A stretch of DNA of 64,000 nucleotides from Octopus vulgaris (GCA_951406725.2 OX597831.1:82646001-82710000); one strand, 5' to 3'. Positions 1 to 14,095 are shown, counted from the first letter of the stretch. Program-made: numbers and translations. The notes: generated from the sequence alone by a model not told the origin.

Positions 1-370
1 GCCACACTGTCACATTGAGGTGTGAGGGCAATACGGGTTTGTGAAAACGGTATCATTATTTGATTGCAAAGCTGAGAGGTAAACAGGTGACCTAAGAACA
101 CAGTTCTACATGAAATGACCATAACAACATGAAACAAATGTGATAATAAGTAACAGTTAATTAGTTTGATGAGACACAAAATGATGTTGATTAAACTTAA
201 AGAATTCATTTAGTTTTGATAATGGCTACTTCTTTGTTGTAATATGACACGGGGTGGAGTTATGTCCAGATTGGATTAGTGAAGAATCTGTTTGGGTGGA
301 GATATACTGGATTAACAGACATTTTCTACAGACCACATAATGATACCAATATTATATACTGATGGACACT

Positions 371-580
371 GGTGGGCTGGCAGAATCATTACCAGCCAGG
401 CTAGAATGCTTAGTAGAATTTCGTCTGTCTTTATGTTCTGAGTTTAAATTCCACCAGGGGCAACTTTGCCTTTCATCCTTTTGGGGTCGATAAAATAAAG
501 GATTGGTCAAGTACTGGGGTAGATGTAATTGACTAGCCCCCTAAATTGCTGGCCTTGTGCCAAAATTTGAAACCAGTATT
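371..580 (+). mobile_element. tRNA-derived SINE, family A
   Basis: A-box-like GCTGGCAGAATC, B-box-like GAGTTTAAATTCC, conserved core GCCTTTCATCCTTTTGGGGTCGATAAAATAA, tail GGCCTTGTGCCAAAATTTGAAACC; more than 10 similar copies in this window. Confidence 0.8.
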
Positions 581-599
581 ACATATTGATTTAATACCT

Positions 600-1080
600 T
601 GCGTATGGATGAAGACAGCTGCGTAAAGAAATGACAAGCTCTAATTGTGGAGGGAACCGGTACAAAGGGTAGACCGAGGAAGATGTGGAATGAAGTGGTG
701 AGAAAGGATCTTCAGATGCTGGGCTTCACAAATGACAAGGGAGCAGGAGTTGTGGTGTTTTGCTTGAAGATGTGTCAAGCCAAATAAAATTAGGGTCATC
801 CATACATACAGGCTTGTCTGTTACAGGTGCTGGTGCCTCATAATATGCACTCGTACCAGTGATGCATGAACGCACCCATGCCAGTGGAGCATAAAGAGCA
901 CCCAGTACACTCTGTAAAGTGGATGGCATTAGGAAGGGCATCCAACTGTAGAAATAATGCCAAAACAGACAACTGGAGTTTGGACAGCTCCCCAGCTGGC
1001 CTGCTCCAGTCAAACTGTCCAACCCATGCCAGCATAGAAAGCAGACATTAAACAGTGATGATGATGATGATGATGATGAT
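600..1080 (+). mobile_element. 5'-truncated RTE-clade LINE 3' end (degenerate RT C-terminus, 3' UTR, (GAT)n tail)
   Basis: Encodes RMDEDSCVKK and GRPRKMWNEVV, homologous to 53290-53607; tail AGGAAGGGCATCCA...CCAACCCATGCCAGCAT...(GAT)n. Confidence 0.75.
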
Positions 1081-1939
1081 TACATATTGATAGACCAGGC
1101 GACTCTTTAAGTTTTATTAATTCTAAGTAGTAAAATAGACAACTTATTATTAACCCTACTTTGTAGGGGACAAGGAGCTCTGCTACACATCTGACCCACT
1201 TTTAAGGGATTAGATCTGTAGCACAGAAAGAAATATATTAATGAAAACACAGATTTAGATTTTAAGGGGAAGATCTCAAACAAAGAGAAAACATAGGAGT
1301 GGGCAGATGATGTCATTAGTGTTGGTGTGGATAGAATGAAAGAGAGGGGCAGAAAGAGAGAGAGAGAGAGAGTGTGAGGCCTGGTTGAGGGAGACAGAAA
1401 GTTAATTAACCATAATTAATTGCTGATTGATTTTTTTTGCCTTTTTTGTCCTTAAAAAGAAATCGATTCATTAAGTTGCCACCAACTTTTACAGAATGGT
1501 CAGCTGGACATTCTTCATGGGGGTTTCCTACCAATTCCAGGTTGACACAAAGTCTATGAAAATGTCAATGATGATGAAGATGATGGTCGTGGTGGAGGGC
1601 AAGGATGGAATGGTCATGTTTTCTCTTACGGCTACAGATACTAGACATTATTATATGGCACTGTGGTATATATACTGAGGCCAATATATAGCACCAACAG
1701 TACTATATAGAACTTTTGTGGTCAGTATGATGCTGTCTTGTAGGAGAATTCCAGATAATGGCCACCACAGATGTAGAATGGAGTACTGACACAATCTACA
1801 AAGGAGAAAACTCTGATGCATCAATCAACGGCGGAGCTTTTGTTCTGTTGGCAGAGACCATCTTTGTGTCACAGAACCTAATTGAAGGAATATTTTGACG
1901 ACATACATAGGATGTATGTAAAAATGCTCCTTCAAATAT

Positions 1940-2076
1940 AATATACATCAATATGTGTGTATGTAGATATACATCAAATGTGTGTATAAGGATATACATC
2001 AAATGTGTGTATATAGATATACATCAAATGTATGTATATAGATATACATCAAATGTGTGTATAAGGATATACATCA
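1940..2076. repeat. 24-bp minisatellite (ATATACATCAAATGTGTGTATAAG-like), about 5-6 copies
   Basis: Direct tandem repeats visible in the sequence. Confidence 0.85.
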
Positions 2077-3174
2077 GAGAATTGGAAACATTTTCTTCAA
2101 AGCTTCTGGTTCTAATGTGGAGTAACAGTTTTTAGCATTAATTCCCCTCCCCCCGCCTCCCAACCTCCTCCTCCTCCTCCTCCTGTCAGGAAAGTTATTC
2201 GGCAAAGGAAATGTATTGGCAGAAAATTGTTAAGTATACAGTTTACAGAATCTGTTGTTGGAATGAGGAGGGGGGAGGAATAAGAAAATAAAGGACCAAA
2301 GGGGGGGGGGAGTAGAGTACTAGAGTTAGCTCCCTTTAAACTGAATTCTTCGCAAAGCTCTGGCGTTTGGACTGAATATTGAATGGAAACTGAATAATGG
2401 TTGGATTGTAAATGAAATCTTTTAGATTTTGTATTTAATTGATGCCTCATGAATCAGGACAGTTCTAAAGCCGACTCTTTGCATCTCGTTTACATAATGA
2501 TATACTTCGAACATGATTGCATATTGATTTTTTGGCTGATCCAAAACACTTGATTGGTTGTCACAGATATTTGATGGCTTTTTACTGAAATTGAAGTCTT
2601 CCATGAAAATTGTGAATTTCAAATTTTAATTTCAAAATTCTGTTGAAAAGTCAACAATTACAACGAAGCAGAAAAAACTCAGAGTTTATTTCCAATCAAT
2701 TAGTAATTGAAAACTAAGTTTATTTAATTTATTATTTCCTCTTCTTATTAAATATTCACTAATCACACAACAAACTGATTGCCAAGAACTCTGTAGGAAA
2801 CGAGTGTTCAACACATTTTGCAAACTTTTTATATAAATGGTGCAAGTTTTTTATGTGCTTTCTGTGGGAATGTTTAGACAGAATCATTGAGAGAAACATC
2901 ATCTTGTGATTGCAGAGATATCACAAGAGTTGGGGCTTTTAATAGAAATTCATGAATTTGAATTTTTTCCATTAAAAGATAAGAGAAATGGGTTAATATT
3001 GAGTTAGCCAGTGAAAATTTAAACTCAATGCATGAGATATCAGTGGAGATGATATTTATGCCAATCAATATGATAGGTTATCCTCCAGAGACATTTTCAA
3101 TCAGCAGAACCGAAATATCGAGAATTCAGAATGTAATGAATTTGCAAAGGACTAATTGAGTTTTGTATTTCCTT

Positions 3175-3250
3175 TTTTTATATATATTTTTATATATATT
3201 TTTATATATATTTTTATATATATTTTTATATATATTTTTATATATATTTC
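3175..3250. repeat. 12-bp tandem repeat (TATATATTTTTA)n
   Basis: About 6 copies; produces the spurious IFLY/KNIY ORFs. Confidence 0.85.
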
Positions 3251-3844
3251 TGGTTAATTTTATTGAATGCCAAGATTGTTTATTTGTTAATTCAGAGAGG
3301 GAGACAGACAGACAGACAGACAGAAAGAGAGAGAGAGAGAGAAACAGAGAGTATGTGTGTGTGTATAAAAGCATATACACACAGGTTTTAATGTTTGTTT
3401 TTTATGTATAGTCTTACATAAAAACAGTCCAACATTAGACTAAAGGATCATTCAGTACTTTCCAACAGGAAACCATATTTATATATTTTTACCAGGAAAA
3501 CGTTGAGAGTCACTTTGAAGCTTTGTCTTGCTTTACCATCATCAGTCTGATGACAGCTAGGAAACAAAACTTTGAAGTCCCTGTCAACATATATGAAACA
3601 GAGAGTGTATATTTGTGCTTGTTCATGTAGAAGTGCAGCTGCACTATCTTGTCTCCTCACCTTATCTCCATTCTCTGAGACTACATTGCATTCAGGAAGA
3701 ATGCTGTGCATTAATGTGGGAATATTTCTAATAAAAGTTTACACTGAAATACTTTGGACTGGTTTGGCAATGTCTACAGAAGAGATACTATTACAATGGA
3801 AGCTGAGAACCCTTCTTTGGTCTTGCTTAACTCAGTTCTTGCCT

Positions 3845-4015
3845 TTTAGCCCTAGGTCTATCTGGCCCAGGAGAACAAGGATAAAAAATGCTCCACTGCA
3901 AACCACCCTTTTTTAAAGACACAATGGACTTAGCATCACATGATACAAAATATCCTTTTTTAAAAAAAAATAATGCAGTGTGTGGTTTGACGAGGTTTGG
4001 CTACAATTTATTTCT
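3845..4015 (-). repeat. Interspersed repeat fragment (short retroposon tail)
   Basis: Reverse-complement similarity to 63735-63890 (CAGCCA...CACAC...CTGGGGCTAAA). Confidence 0.4.
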
Positions 4016-5184
4016 ACCATGCCAACCCATGCCAGCATAGAAGGCTGACGTTAAACAATGATGAGGATAAGTGAAGAGGAAGAGCAAAGACAATGATTGT
4101 TAACAGAGCCCCTGACAGAGATGGGAAAAAGGGTGAAAGCTGTCCTTCAAGTGGAAACCTGATCTGGAAGTATACAACAATGTAGGCTCCACTAAAAACC
4201 ACCGTGAACCAGACAGGTATGTTAAACCAGATCAGAGAATTGATTAACTCTGCAGACCAAGGAAGTCACTTTGAGATTTGAATTCAGAATGAAAGGATCT
4301 GTTGCAAATACAACAAGGTATTTTGTCTGACAAGAAAAAACCTACCAAACGAAGAAGTGTTTGGAATTGCCAAACAAAGAAGACTTCAGTAAAACCTATC
4401 AGTGGACATTATACAAAAAAAGTAGACACACAAGTTGGTGTTTATTTGCAGTTGAAATAAAGAAATTGTTAGCTAAAAGGCCATGAATAAGTTGTGTGGA
4501 TGTAAGAAACAGAAAAAGCCATGAAATATGTCCTGAGAATACCCAGCCTCACCATAAAAAACACATCAATGTGTCTAGTTATCGACTGTTTACAAACAGG
4601 AGCCTGAACAAAAATATGCTAAAATAAACATTTTATTGTCTTGTTTCTGATTTTTTTTCCTGTTTTGCAACGAAAGGGAGAAGTTAAAAGGCAACAATAA
4701 AATATGATGACAGCTACAATAAAATGGCAGAAAAATAGAGGAGGAGGAGGAGGGGTGTTTGGAGGGTTGGGAAGTAAAATAGAGAAGAAGAAGAAGAAGA
4801 AGAAAAGCATTTGAGATGGAAATTTAAGTAAAAAGAATGTTTTATAAATGAATGTTCTGTTTGTAGTTGAGTGGGTGGGGGTCGGAGATTGAGTGGGTAG
4901 GGGTCGGAGATTGAAGAAATGTGTTGAAAGAATAGAAATAATTCAGAAAGAATTGGTCAGTTTTTTTCAAGAGAAATGACAACTGGTATCGAGAGGGAGG
5001 AGGAGGGAATGGTCAGAGAGAGGAAAACCAGCAGACTTTGAGGGGAGTGGGAGAAGAATATGATGTGGAAATGTTATACAGTCAGACAAATGCATACCAA
5101 TACACACACATACACACATCTACATAGCTATCATCATCATATCAGCTTCCCATGCTGGCAAGAGATCGATATATTTATATTGAG

Positions 5185-5220
<36 letters not shown>

Positions 5221-5289
5221 ACGCAAACACACTCAGAGGCTCACATACTATACAAATGCATGCATAAAGGATTATACAAAGATGCACAT

Positions 5290-5317
5290 AATAATAACAA
5301 TAACAATAATAATAATA

Positions 5318-5370
<53 letters not shown>
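5290..5370. repeat. (AAT)n microsatellite
   Basis: Seen directly; flanks the 550-bp element. Confidence 0.95.
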
Positions 5371-5372
<2 letters not shown>

Positions 5373-5912
5373 GCCCTGATGCAGTACCAGGCAGTGGCAC
5401 GCGTGACTTCTGATCTTAACTGATTGGAAGTGTTATCATGTACATTGTTTTGTCTTGGTATAAAAGATGGGCTACAGCAAATATTCTGCTCAATACCACA
5501 GATTTGCTTGTCAGTTGTTTGACCTTAATCAGTTGAGCATGTCCCTTAGTGGCTGACGATATATGCATCTCTGATCACGAGCAGAAGTAGTGGGGAGCAT
5601 CATAGCCATGTGTTGAGAGGGATTCTTTGGGGTTTGAATAATTCACCTCTGGAAACATGGGTGGTTCTTTCAACATCCTTAAACAACCCTTATTCAGGGA
5701 CCTTTTGAGCAGGACGGGCTACTCAACCTGAAGAAAATTGCCTGCAAGGTCATGTGCTGTTTATCTTGATATGAGATCACCATGTCGCGCACATATGGTT
5801 GTGATGCATGTGCCTGGTGTACCCTTATCAGACGGGCAGTCATGATGGGTATATTGGGCTTTGTATATTTTACCCCAGTGTCACTTTGATGGCATGGACT
5901 GCTCTCTCACTC
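5371..5912. mobile_element. ~550-bp non-coding interspersed element inserted in (AAT)n, copy 1
   Basis: Highly similar to 12605-13160 and 14096-14585; begins ATGCCCTGATGCAGTACCAGGC, ends GCTCTCTCACTC; (AAT)n on both sides. Confidence 0.85.
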
Positions 5913-5975
5913 AATAATAATAGTAAGAATAATAATAATAATAATAATAACAATAACAATAATAATAATAATAAT

Positions 5976-6343
5976 AAGAGCACTCAGAGAGCGCAAACCT
6001 CCGCCAAGGCAACACCGTCCTCTCAACGATTAATCAGAGATGATTTTTAAAATGAGAATATCTGAAATAAACTCGATTGCTCTCACAAATGAGAAGACTA
6101 AAGATGAACCCAACTGCTCTCAATAATTAAGTTTAAAAGATCGGAAAAATACTCTAGAATCCTTGTCTGGTACCGGATCAATCCCAAAATCTAATAAGTT
6201 TGTGCCAGTCACAAGGCCAAACATCCCTGAAAGTTTTATCAGAAGCCATCCAGCAGTTCTTGAGATATCTTGTCCATCGACAAACAAACAAACAAACACA
6301 ACTGAAAACAATACCTCCACCGCCTTCGCTAGGGTGGAGGTAA
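5976..6343 (-). mobile_element. Non-autonomous Helentron-type element (HINE / DINE-1-like)
   Basis: Subterminal inverted repeats ACCTCCGCC (5997) / GGTGGAGGT (6333); hairpin TACCTCCACC..GGTGGAGGTA at one end; internal (CAAA)n; stem-loop GCACTC-AGA-GAGCGC at the other end; TT/AA flanks without TSD. Confidence 0.7.
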
Positions 6344-6352
6344 TAATAATAA

Positions 6353-6772
6353 TCCTTTCTATTTATAGGTAGAGAGATTTGAAATTTTGGGGAGTGGGTG
6401 GGGGAAGCAAGTAATTTACATCGATTCCAGTACTTCACTGGTACTTTATTTTATCAACCCTGAAAAGATGAAAGGCAAAGTTTTGAACTCAGAACATGAG
6501 GCCAGAAGGAATGCCCCAAAGTATTTGATCCAGCACACCACCTTCATAATAATAATCCTTGCTACTCTAGGTACAAGGGCTGGAAATTTGGTGAGGAAGG
6601 GATTAGTCAATTACATTGATCCCAGTACTTCACTGGTGTTTATTTTATTGATTCTGAAAGGATGAAAGGCAAAGCCAACCCCAGCAGAATTTGAACTCAG
6701 AACGGAAAGACAAACAAAATGCTGCAAAGTGTTTTGTCCTGCATGCTAATGATTTGGCCAGCTCACTGCCTT
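6353..6772 (-). mobile_element. Two tandem family A SINE copies
   Basis: Each carries GATGAAAGGCAAAG..TTTGAACTCAGAAC (reverse core and B box); separated by (AAT)n at about 6547-6556. Confidence 0.75.
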
Positions 6773-6781
6773 ACTAATTAT

Positions 6782-6892
6782 GAAGAAGAAGAAGAAAAAG
6801 AAGAAGAAGAAGAAGAAGAAGAAGAAGAAGAAGAAGAAGAAGGAGGAGGAGGAGGAGGAGGAGGAGAAGAAGAAGAAGAAGAAGAAGAAGAA
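6782..6892. repeat. (GAA)n/(GGA)n purine microsatellite
   Basis: Seen directly. Confidence 0.95.
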
Positions 6893-6914
6893 TTGCTTAA
6901 ATGCACAACACAGT

Positions 6915-6992
6915 TTTGCTACACAGTGGGAATGAACCCGGAACCATGTGGCTGGTAAGCAAGCTACTTACCACACAGCCACTCCTGCACCT
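6915..6992 (-). mobile_element. tRNA-like head of a family B SINE
   Basis: Reverse complement reads GGTGCAGGAGTGGCTGTGTGGTAAGTAGCTTGCTTACCAGCCACATGGTTCCGGGTTCA, matching the head at 55221. Confidence 0.75.
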
Positions 6993-7433
6993 ATATGTTA
7001 GAGATAAATATGTAGAGAATATAGAAATATACACATTGCAGATGATATGGAAAATACAAAATATAGAACTATCATCAAAAATTGTTAACCGTTTAGAGAA
7101 ATAATTTCATTTGCAAAAAATATAAGTATTTAGTTGGTTTTTTTTTTAAGAGTAACATTGTTGGTTATAAGTTTTCAACTGAGTCATTGCATTTTTGCTG
7201 GCAAGAAAGTATCTTTAACCTGTTGCAGAACAAATATCACTAAGAACTTTACATGAGGGACACTGTTTCTTTCCTTTTTTTTTTGTCTGTTTAAAACCTA
7301 AGTTTAAACACACACAAATATAAATTGAAAAGATATGAACCTGTGATGGAGTATCTATGTGGTCATTTGACTTGTGCACATACATATATGCACTCAAATA
7401 CACACACTTTCATAAATGAACCCAGTGTACATG

Positions 7434-7466
<33 letters not shown>

Positions 7467-8715
7467 TTGTACATACACATATGTGTATATACACAAGCAT
7501 GCATGCTCATATCTATGTATGCAAACACATATACACATCTGCCCTCCAACCTTTGACCCAACAGAACATCCAGAATGAGACAACAGCTGCGGGGAGAGAG
7601 GGCAGCACCAGTATCCAGTTTAGTAGATTGGAACAACAGAAAATAAAGCAGCTTAGCCAAGGACATAAAATACCACCCAGCCCTAGAATTGAACCTACAA
7701 CCTCACAATCATGAAGTGCAATATATTGCCTTTTTATTAACAGCAACATATTTCTTCTGAAGGCCAAATGTTATTTTAGAAATAGAAGAGACTCAATGGA
7801 ATTAACACCAATATATTACTGGTACCTAACACACTATTATCAGTGAAGCAGTAAATTACTGATAGCTCAGTATATTATTAATGGAGGCGAAAACAAATCA
7901 AATGAAGTCTGCTGGCAGAATATTGAGACAAGAACTTGAGAGCGCCAAAAGTTGTGCCATTTTTCTCTCTAAATGAACCAGTCCTACCTCTTTCCTAGTT
8001 TCCAACCAAAATATAATTTACCAAAATTCTTTGGAAGAAAAAACAAATCAATGCAATCTTCTGACCCAATATTTCTCCATTGGCATATTTAATCAATGAA
8101 CATTTTTATTAAAAATAATATTCCTTAACTCATGCAAGTCATTCTATTGTTGTTAGTGTTCAAAATTCCACTGATCTAAACAAGGAGCTCCACCCCAAAC
8201 AAAAGGAACCAAAAGCACTTCTCCCCCACTCCGCTAATGTCTCCCTACATTTATTGATCTCTAATTATTTGGTCCTCAAATTGTTTTATAGGTCTTCTGT
8301 GTTTTGACTGTGAAAGAATTCCACTGAAGCTAAAGATTATATTGGAACATTGCCCCTCCACCCTCAGTAACAATATGAAATGAAAAGCAAGGAAATATTA
8401 AAGAATTTGGTAAAAAGAAATATCTGCACCACTGCAGACAACCATTTAGCAAGGAAGACCAATATTTATTCCTTCGATAATTTAAACATCTACATGCAAC
8501 AAAGAAATTGCTAGAAATATGAACATATCACACAAACACACATACACACACACACATGTGTGCGCATACATATATACACCCAAATACATACATGAACGTA
8601 AATGAACCCAGTGTACATGAGTATACACACACACACACACACACATTTGTATATACACAAGAATGCACGCTCATATCCATGAATGCAAACACATACACAC
8701 ATATATGAGCAGAAG

Positions 8716-8747
<32 letters not shown>

Positions 8748-11700
8748 TACATCCTCTCACATATACACCCCAGCAAGATCTATACAAAATTATTTGTATA
8801 TTCTGGTAATGTCTGCTAATAAATCATTGGCTGAAATGGTAGAATGAAAAAGGAAAGAGGCCTGATCAGTAATTGTCAGCATTGAGACAGGGAAGATGGA
8901 AGACAAGTGAGAAAGAACTGAATGCAAAGATGACAAGGCTTTCTGTAGAAATAGACGGACAGACAGACAGAATTGTAGTGAAATAATGGTGAATGGGGAG
9001 TCACAAGGATGAAATTGTGAATAGACAATGAGAGAAGTTTCAGTGAGTTTGCTCTGAATTTGTAATTGTAGGATGATGTGTGTCATGAGAGGTAAAATAA
9101 AAAAGATATTCCATTGATGAGGCTGAGAAGAGGAAACGGTGAGAAATGCCAGAAATTACAGGAAATAATCGAGTTCAGTCTCAGTTTTGAAAAACAATTT
9201 AGAAGCTAATGGAGATGGGGGGGGGCTACTTAAATGGTAGCAATACACTGTCTACATACAGATAAAACATTGATACACATATGTACATGCATATCCACTT
9301 ACAAATTCATATAAGCATGTATATATATTTATGTGTCACACAATACACACGTCAGTCAAAAAACTGTACTACATACATACACACATGCACACACACACAC
9401 ACACACACAAAAGGCATATATATTTAATACAGTTACACTCACAGTTTTTTTTAAATTCCAGCCATTTTGTGAAATGTTAAATATTCTTTTTATCTCTTTG
9501 TGGACTGAAAAATATTGGGAATGTTTGGAGTAGTTTCACTCAGTAAAGGTTTAGGTGTTAGGAAAAGGTTGGCATTAGGAAGGGCTTTCGGCTGTAGATG
9601 TGATGCTGAACCAATATTGAAGCATGATGTGTTTCTTTGACTCTTTGGATCCTGTTGAACTGTCCAACTCATGTCAGCAGACACAGAAGAAAGCATCAGA
9701 TGGTTACCGTCTGTCTGTGTGTGTGTCTGTTTGTTTGGTGGTTGATTAATCAAGACCTCTCTGTCTCTCTCTCACACATTTTAGCAGAAACTTGGGTTTC
9801 ACTCTGGAACTTTCTGTTAGACTTTGGAAAAGTTTCAAAGTAAATTAAAAGAAGGTATTTGACAGGAAAGTGACATAAACAATATCCAAAGACCCAGTCT
9901 TAAGCAGATATGTTTATGTGTAAAGATTTTCAGATGTTTATATTCCACAAATATCAGTCTTGTACAAAACAATTTATTACATTCTCAAAAAAAAAACAAC
10001 AAATTATTTACAAACCAGAGACAAACTAAAAATAAACAAGAGTCTAAAAAAAAATATAAATAATGTGATGCTCCAGCATGGCAGTGACAGTAGCACATTA
10101 AAGAACTACACAATGATAACATCATTTGTTGCATGGATTGGTAAGAATTCTTTAGAGCCAATAAGAAAGTCGGGTTGCTCAGTAATAGAGCCATTAAGAT
10201 TTGTGGATCTGACTTGCTGTCTCAAGAAACCAATTTCTCCAGCTGATGGCAGCAGTTATTAGCATTGTTAGAATAACGAAGTACATTGGAATGTCAGAGA
10301 GAGATGAAGACAAATACAGCAAGTATGGCTTTCTATAACCTTTACTAGTTAACTGCATTTGTGTTTTTATTTGAAACATCAAGTGTCTATTTAACCCCGG
10401 GTTATCTTCTTAACCTAATAGAAGATTTAGTTGTGTTCAATAGTAAACTAATGATTTCAAGAGAAACTGGTGGTTCTCTCACCCCCCTCCGCCTCCTTCT
10501 TACAACCAACAGATTAAGTTTGATCCATCTCTATATTGATTAATTTAATTACTACTAATAAATGATCTGTGAAGGTTAACACGTAAAGCAATGACAAAGA
10601 TTCTTCGTCAAAATCAAATTATCTTGTTTATCTTTTTGTTGATGAATGTTTTTGCTGGAAATGGGGTGGGGGGTGGGGGCAACAAAAATTGTGGGGTTTC
10701 ATTTATTTCACTGTAAATTCTTTTCTCTAATCAGTGTTGGTGTTACTCGGAAGAGTGCCACAACTGCTTAATGGGGGTACCATATATTTAGGGGAGAGTA
10801 CTATAACTGGTAGCAAATGTATTAGCTCAGCCCTGCTTCTAGAAATCTTAAGTAGAGTTGATAATCAAACTTAGATCTTTCTCTAAATATGATTTCAAGT
10901 TATTTGGAGATCGTTCTCTCAAGTATAATCACCACTAATCAAATCAGTGAATTAATGATTCCCTGGTTAGACTCAGCTTTCTAATCACACATCAAATGAG
11001 ATCTTTGTTCATGGATGCGTGTTATGATTTTTAAAAATGTGTGCTTCATTTCTTTAATTAATACTTAATTAATAATATATATTAACAAGAAAATCCATCA
11101 AATTAAATAAAGTAATCATGATTCTTAAGAGTCGGTTATACGACAATGAAGAAGAAACACAACATTTCCTGAGTTCTGCTAGTGTTTCTTGTTAAAGGCA
11201 CCACTGGTAATGGTAGGAAGACATTATAGTCTACAGCAGTCGATATGTGCTGCTGAAGAATGGTGGAAATATTTAGTTCTTCAGTCAAAAAAGGAACTAA
11301 AAATTACATATAAATGGTGTTTGGTGTGGTGTTCAATAACAAGTATTAGAAAAATATATCACTCAAGTCAGACTGACAGAGATTAGGAGTAAAGACATTT
11401 TGATGTCTTCAACGAGAGAAGGAGAAAGTTGCTGTCACTGTTTGCAAATGATGTTAATGGTGGATGTATTGGCATTTTAAGATGAAGTAGGTCAGTAGAA
11501 ACATTATTATCATAAAGAGATTTTTATATCATTAATACAAGCTTGAATGGGATTTTTTCTCATCAATATTGAACAAGCAAGAAAGTTTTTATTCTTAGCA
11601 GTTTTTGACAGTTTTTATAAGTGCACAGAAGACAGATCAAAAGAAGAATAGCTGTAGAACTATCAATAAGTCTAAGAATATTGTTGTTGAGTGACTTGGA

Positions 11701-12604
11701 AAAACAGCAATAATAATATTATGTCAACAATTCTGCTGCTTTGTTGCAAAGATTCTCTTCTCTCACCAACAATCTCTTCTTCATGTTCAAACAAGAAAAA
11801 AAACTCTCAGATTTCACACTAAAATACCAAATTATAGTTGGAGAAGTTCCTAGGCAGAAGAATTCTCATTGTTATAAATATGGTTCAACTAACCCATTGT
11901 TCATTGACATGATAGAGTTTTATATGGAAGGATTCCAATTTATGTACATCTCAGTTTATCAGCAAACTCTAAATATTTGGGATCAATCTAAAATGATAGT
12001 GTAATCTTTAAAATTTAAATTTTTCATATATTTTAATAAAAATGTTGCTTTTATTGCTTCTCTTGAACACTAACTTCACTCAAAACACGATCTTTGGCCT
12101 CAGTCTCTCTCCCCCTCTCATTCACTGCCATCTTTTGTACTTCCTACCCCCATCTTTAAACAGAAACTCCTTTGTCATGCTTATCAGCCAGTCCAACTTT
12201 TCGTTGTCATGGCAGCATTGCTTCAACAATTATAATTGTAAAGACAATAAGGATATTGTTCTTGTATAACAAAGAGAACACACACTGCCTGTCTGTCTGT
12301 CTGTCTGTCTGTCTCTCCCCTTAAATTAGGAGAACTCTCTTGCTCCCAGCTGTTTCTCCCTAGTAACAATAATAATTTCTGACATAATCACAAAGCTACA
12401 ATTACTTCAGGGGAGGGGCACAGTTAATTACAGTCAATTGGTGATTATTTCACTGACCCTGAATAGATGAAGAATCAAGAACAATTCCAAGGGATAAGAA
12501 ATCAGAATGCAATGAAATAGAATTAAATAGTCAGGCATTTGTCTTGATTTTGTCACATCAGCATCTAATAATAATAATAATAATGATAATAATAATAATA
12601 ATAA

Positions 12605-13160
12605 ATGCCCTGATGCAGTACCAGGCAATGGCACACGTGACTTCTGATCTTAACTGATTGGAAGTGTTATCATGTACATTGTTTTGTCTTGGTATAAAAG
12701 ATGGGCTACAGCAAATATTCTGCTCAATACCACAGATTTGCTTGTCAGCTGTTTGACCTTAACCAGTTCACCATGTCCCTTAGTGGCTGACAATATATGC
12801 ATCTCTGATCACGGGCAGAAGTAGTGGGGAAGCATCATAGGTATGTGTTGAGAGGGATTCTTAGGGGTTTGAATAATTCACCTCTGGTAACATGGGTGTT
12901 TCATTCAACATCCTTAAACAACCCTTTTTCAGCGACCTTTTGAGCAGGATGGGCTACTCAACCAGAAGAAAATTCTAACTGGGCCCCACCTGCAAGGTCA
13001 TGTGCTGTTTACCTTGATACGAGATCACCATGTCGCGCACATATAGTTGTGATGCATGTGCTTAGTGTACCCTTATCAGACAGGTAGTCATGATGGGTAT
13101 ACTGGGCTTCGTATATTTTACCCCAGTGTCACTTTGATGGCATCCACTGCTCTCTCATTC
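12605..13160. mobile_element. ~550-bp (AAT)n-associated element, copy 2
   Basis: Colinear with 5371-5912; preceded by (AAT)n and followed by GATAATGATGATAAT. Confidence 0.85.
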
Positions 13161-13189
13161 GATAATGATGATAATATACTCAGCAGCTT

Positions 13190-14083
13190 TTGTAGATTGG
13201 ACAAAAACATATTAGCAAAGCAAGACAGAAGAACTAGGAAGGAATTCGATAGGAACAGAGGACTCTAGCCAAGGATAAGAGTAGCAAGATTATACCTACC
13301 TAGAAAGGAAGGTGGAAGAGGATTAATATCTGTAGAAGACTGTGTGGAGTTAGCTAGAGCAAGGGAAACCAAAGCACTAAACAAACTTAAAAACCAGAAA
13401 AAAGAATAGAAATTATCTGACTGGCAGGAGAAAGCATTGCATGGTAGATTCCCAAAGATAGTTTCAGCAAATAGTAGTAGTGAGATATGGTTATGGCTGC
13501 AGAAAGGAAAGATGAAAAGGGAGACAGAAAGTTTGTTAGTAGCTTCACAAGGTCAAGCATCAAGGACTAATTGGATACAAGCCAAAATAGACAAAAACCA
13601 AATAGATTTCCAATGTAGATTATGCAAATCAAAAGAAGAAAGCGTTACTCATATAGTAAGTGAATGTAGCATGCTGGCACAGAAAGCATACAAGAAAAGA
13701 CATGATGACCTAGGCAGAGTAATCCACTGGGAGTTTTGTAGAAAGCTAGGATTTGAACATACTGATAAATGGTATGAACATGAACCTAGTAAAGTACTAG
13801 AAAGTAAGAAATATAAGATGTTGTGGGGCTTTAACATTCAGACAGACAGCGTAATAGAAGCTAGAAGGCCTGATTTGGTAGAAGTAGACAAAGAGAATAG
13901 AAAGTACCAGATAATTGACTTTACTGTCCTAAATGCTTGGAACTGCAGGAATTCTCTACAAGGTTCTTGAAGCATGACCAGTAAACAAGTGTCACCTTAG
14001 TCTGCTGGCTGTGGACGCTGACACTTTCCATCATACCCAGCAAAATAAACTGAGAGTTTTCATCAAATAACAATAACAATAAT
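13190..14083 (+). mobile_element. R4/Dong-clade non-LTR retrotransposon 3' fragment (post-RT region, CCHC knuckle, restriction-like endonuclease), pseudogenised
   Basis: RLYLPRKEGGRGL; ORF 13437-13970 with HGRF, WLQKG, CRLC..E...HIVSEC, RHD and RRPD..D motifs; internal deletion joins to the LGTA..L..VLEA* tail; ends in (AAT/AAC)n. Confidence 0.9.
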
Positions 14084-14095
14084 GGTGGTGATGAG

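Noticed and set aside
11170-11700. Possible L1/Tx1-type RT relic (SLFAND resembling SLFADD)
   Set aside because: Single weak motif with no supporting RT domains
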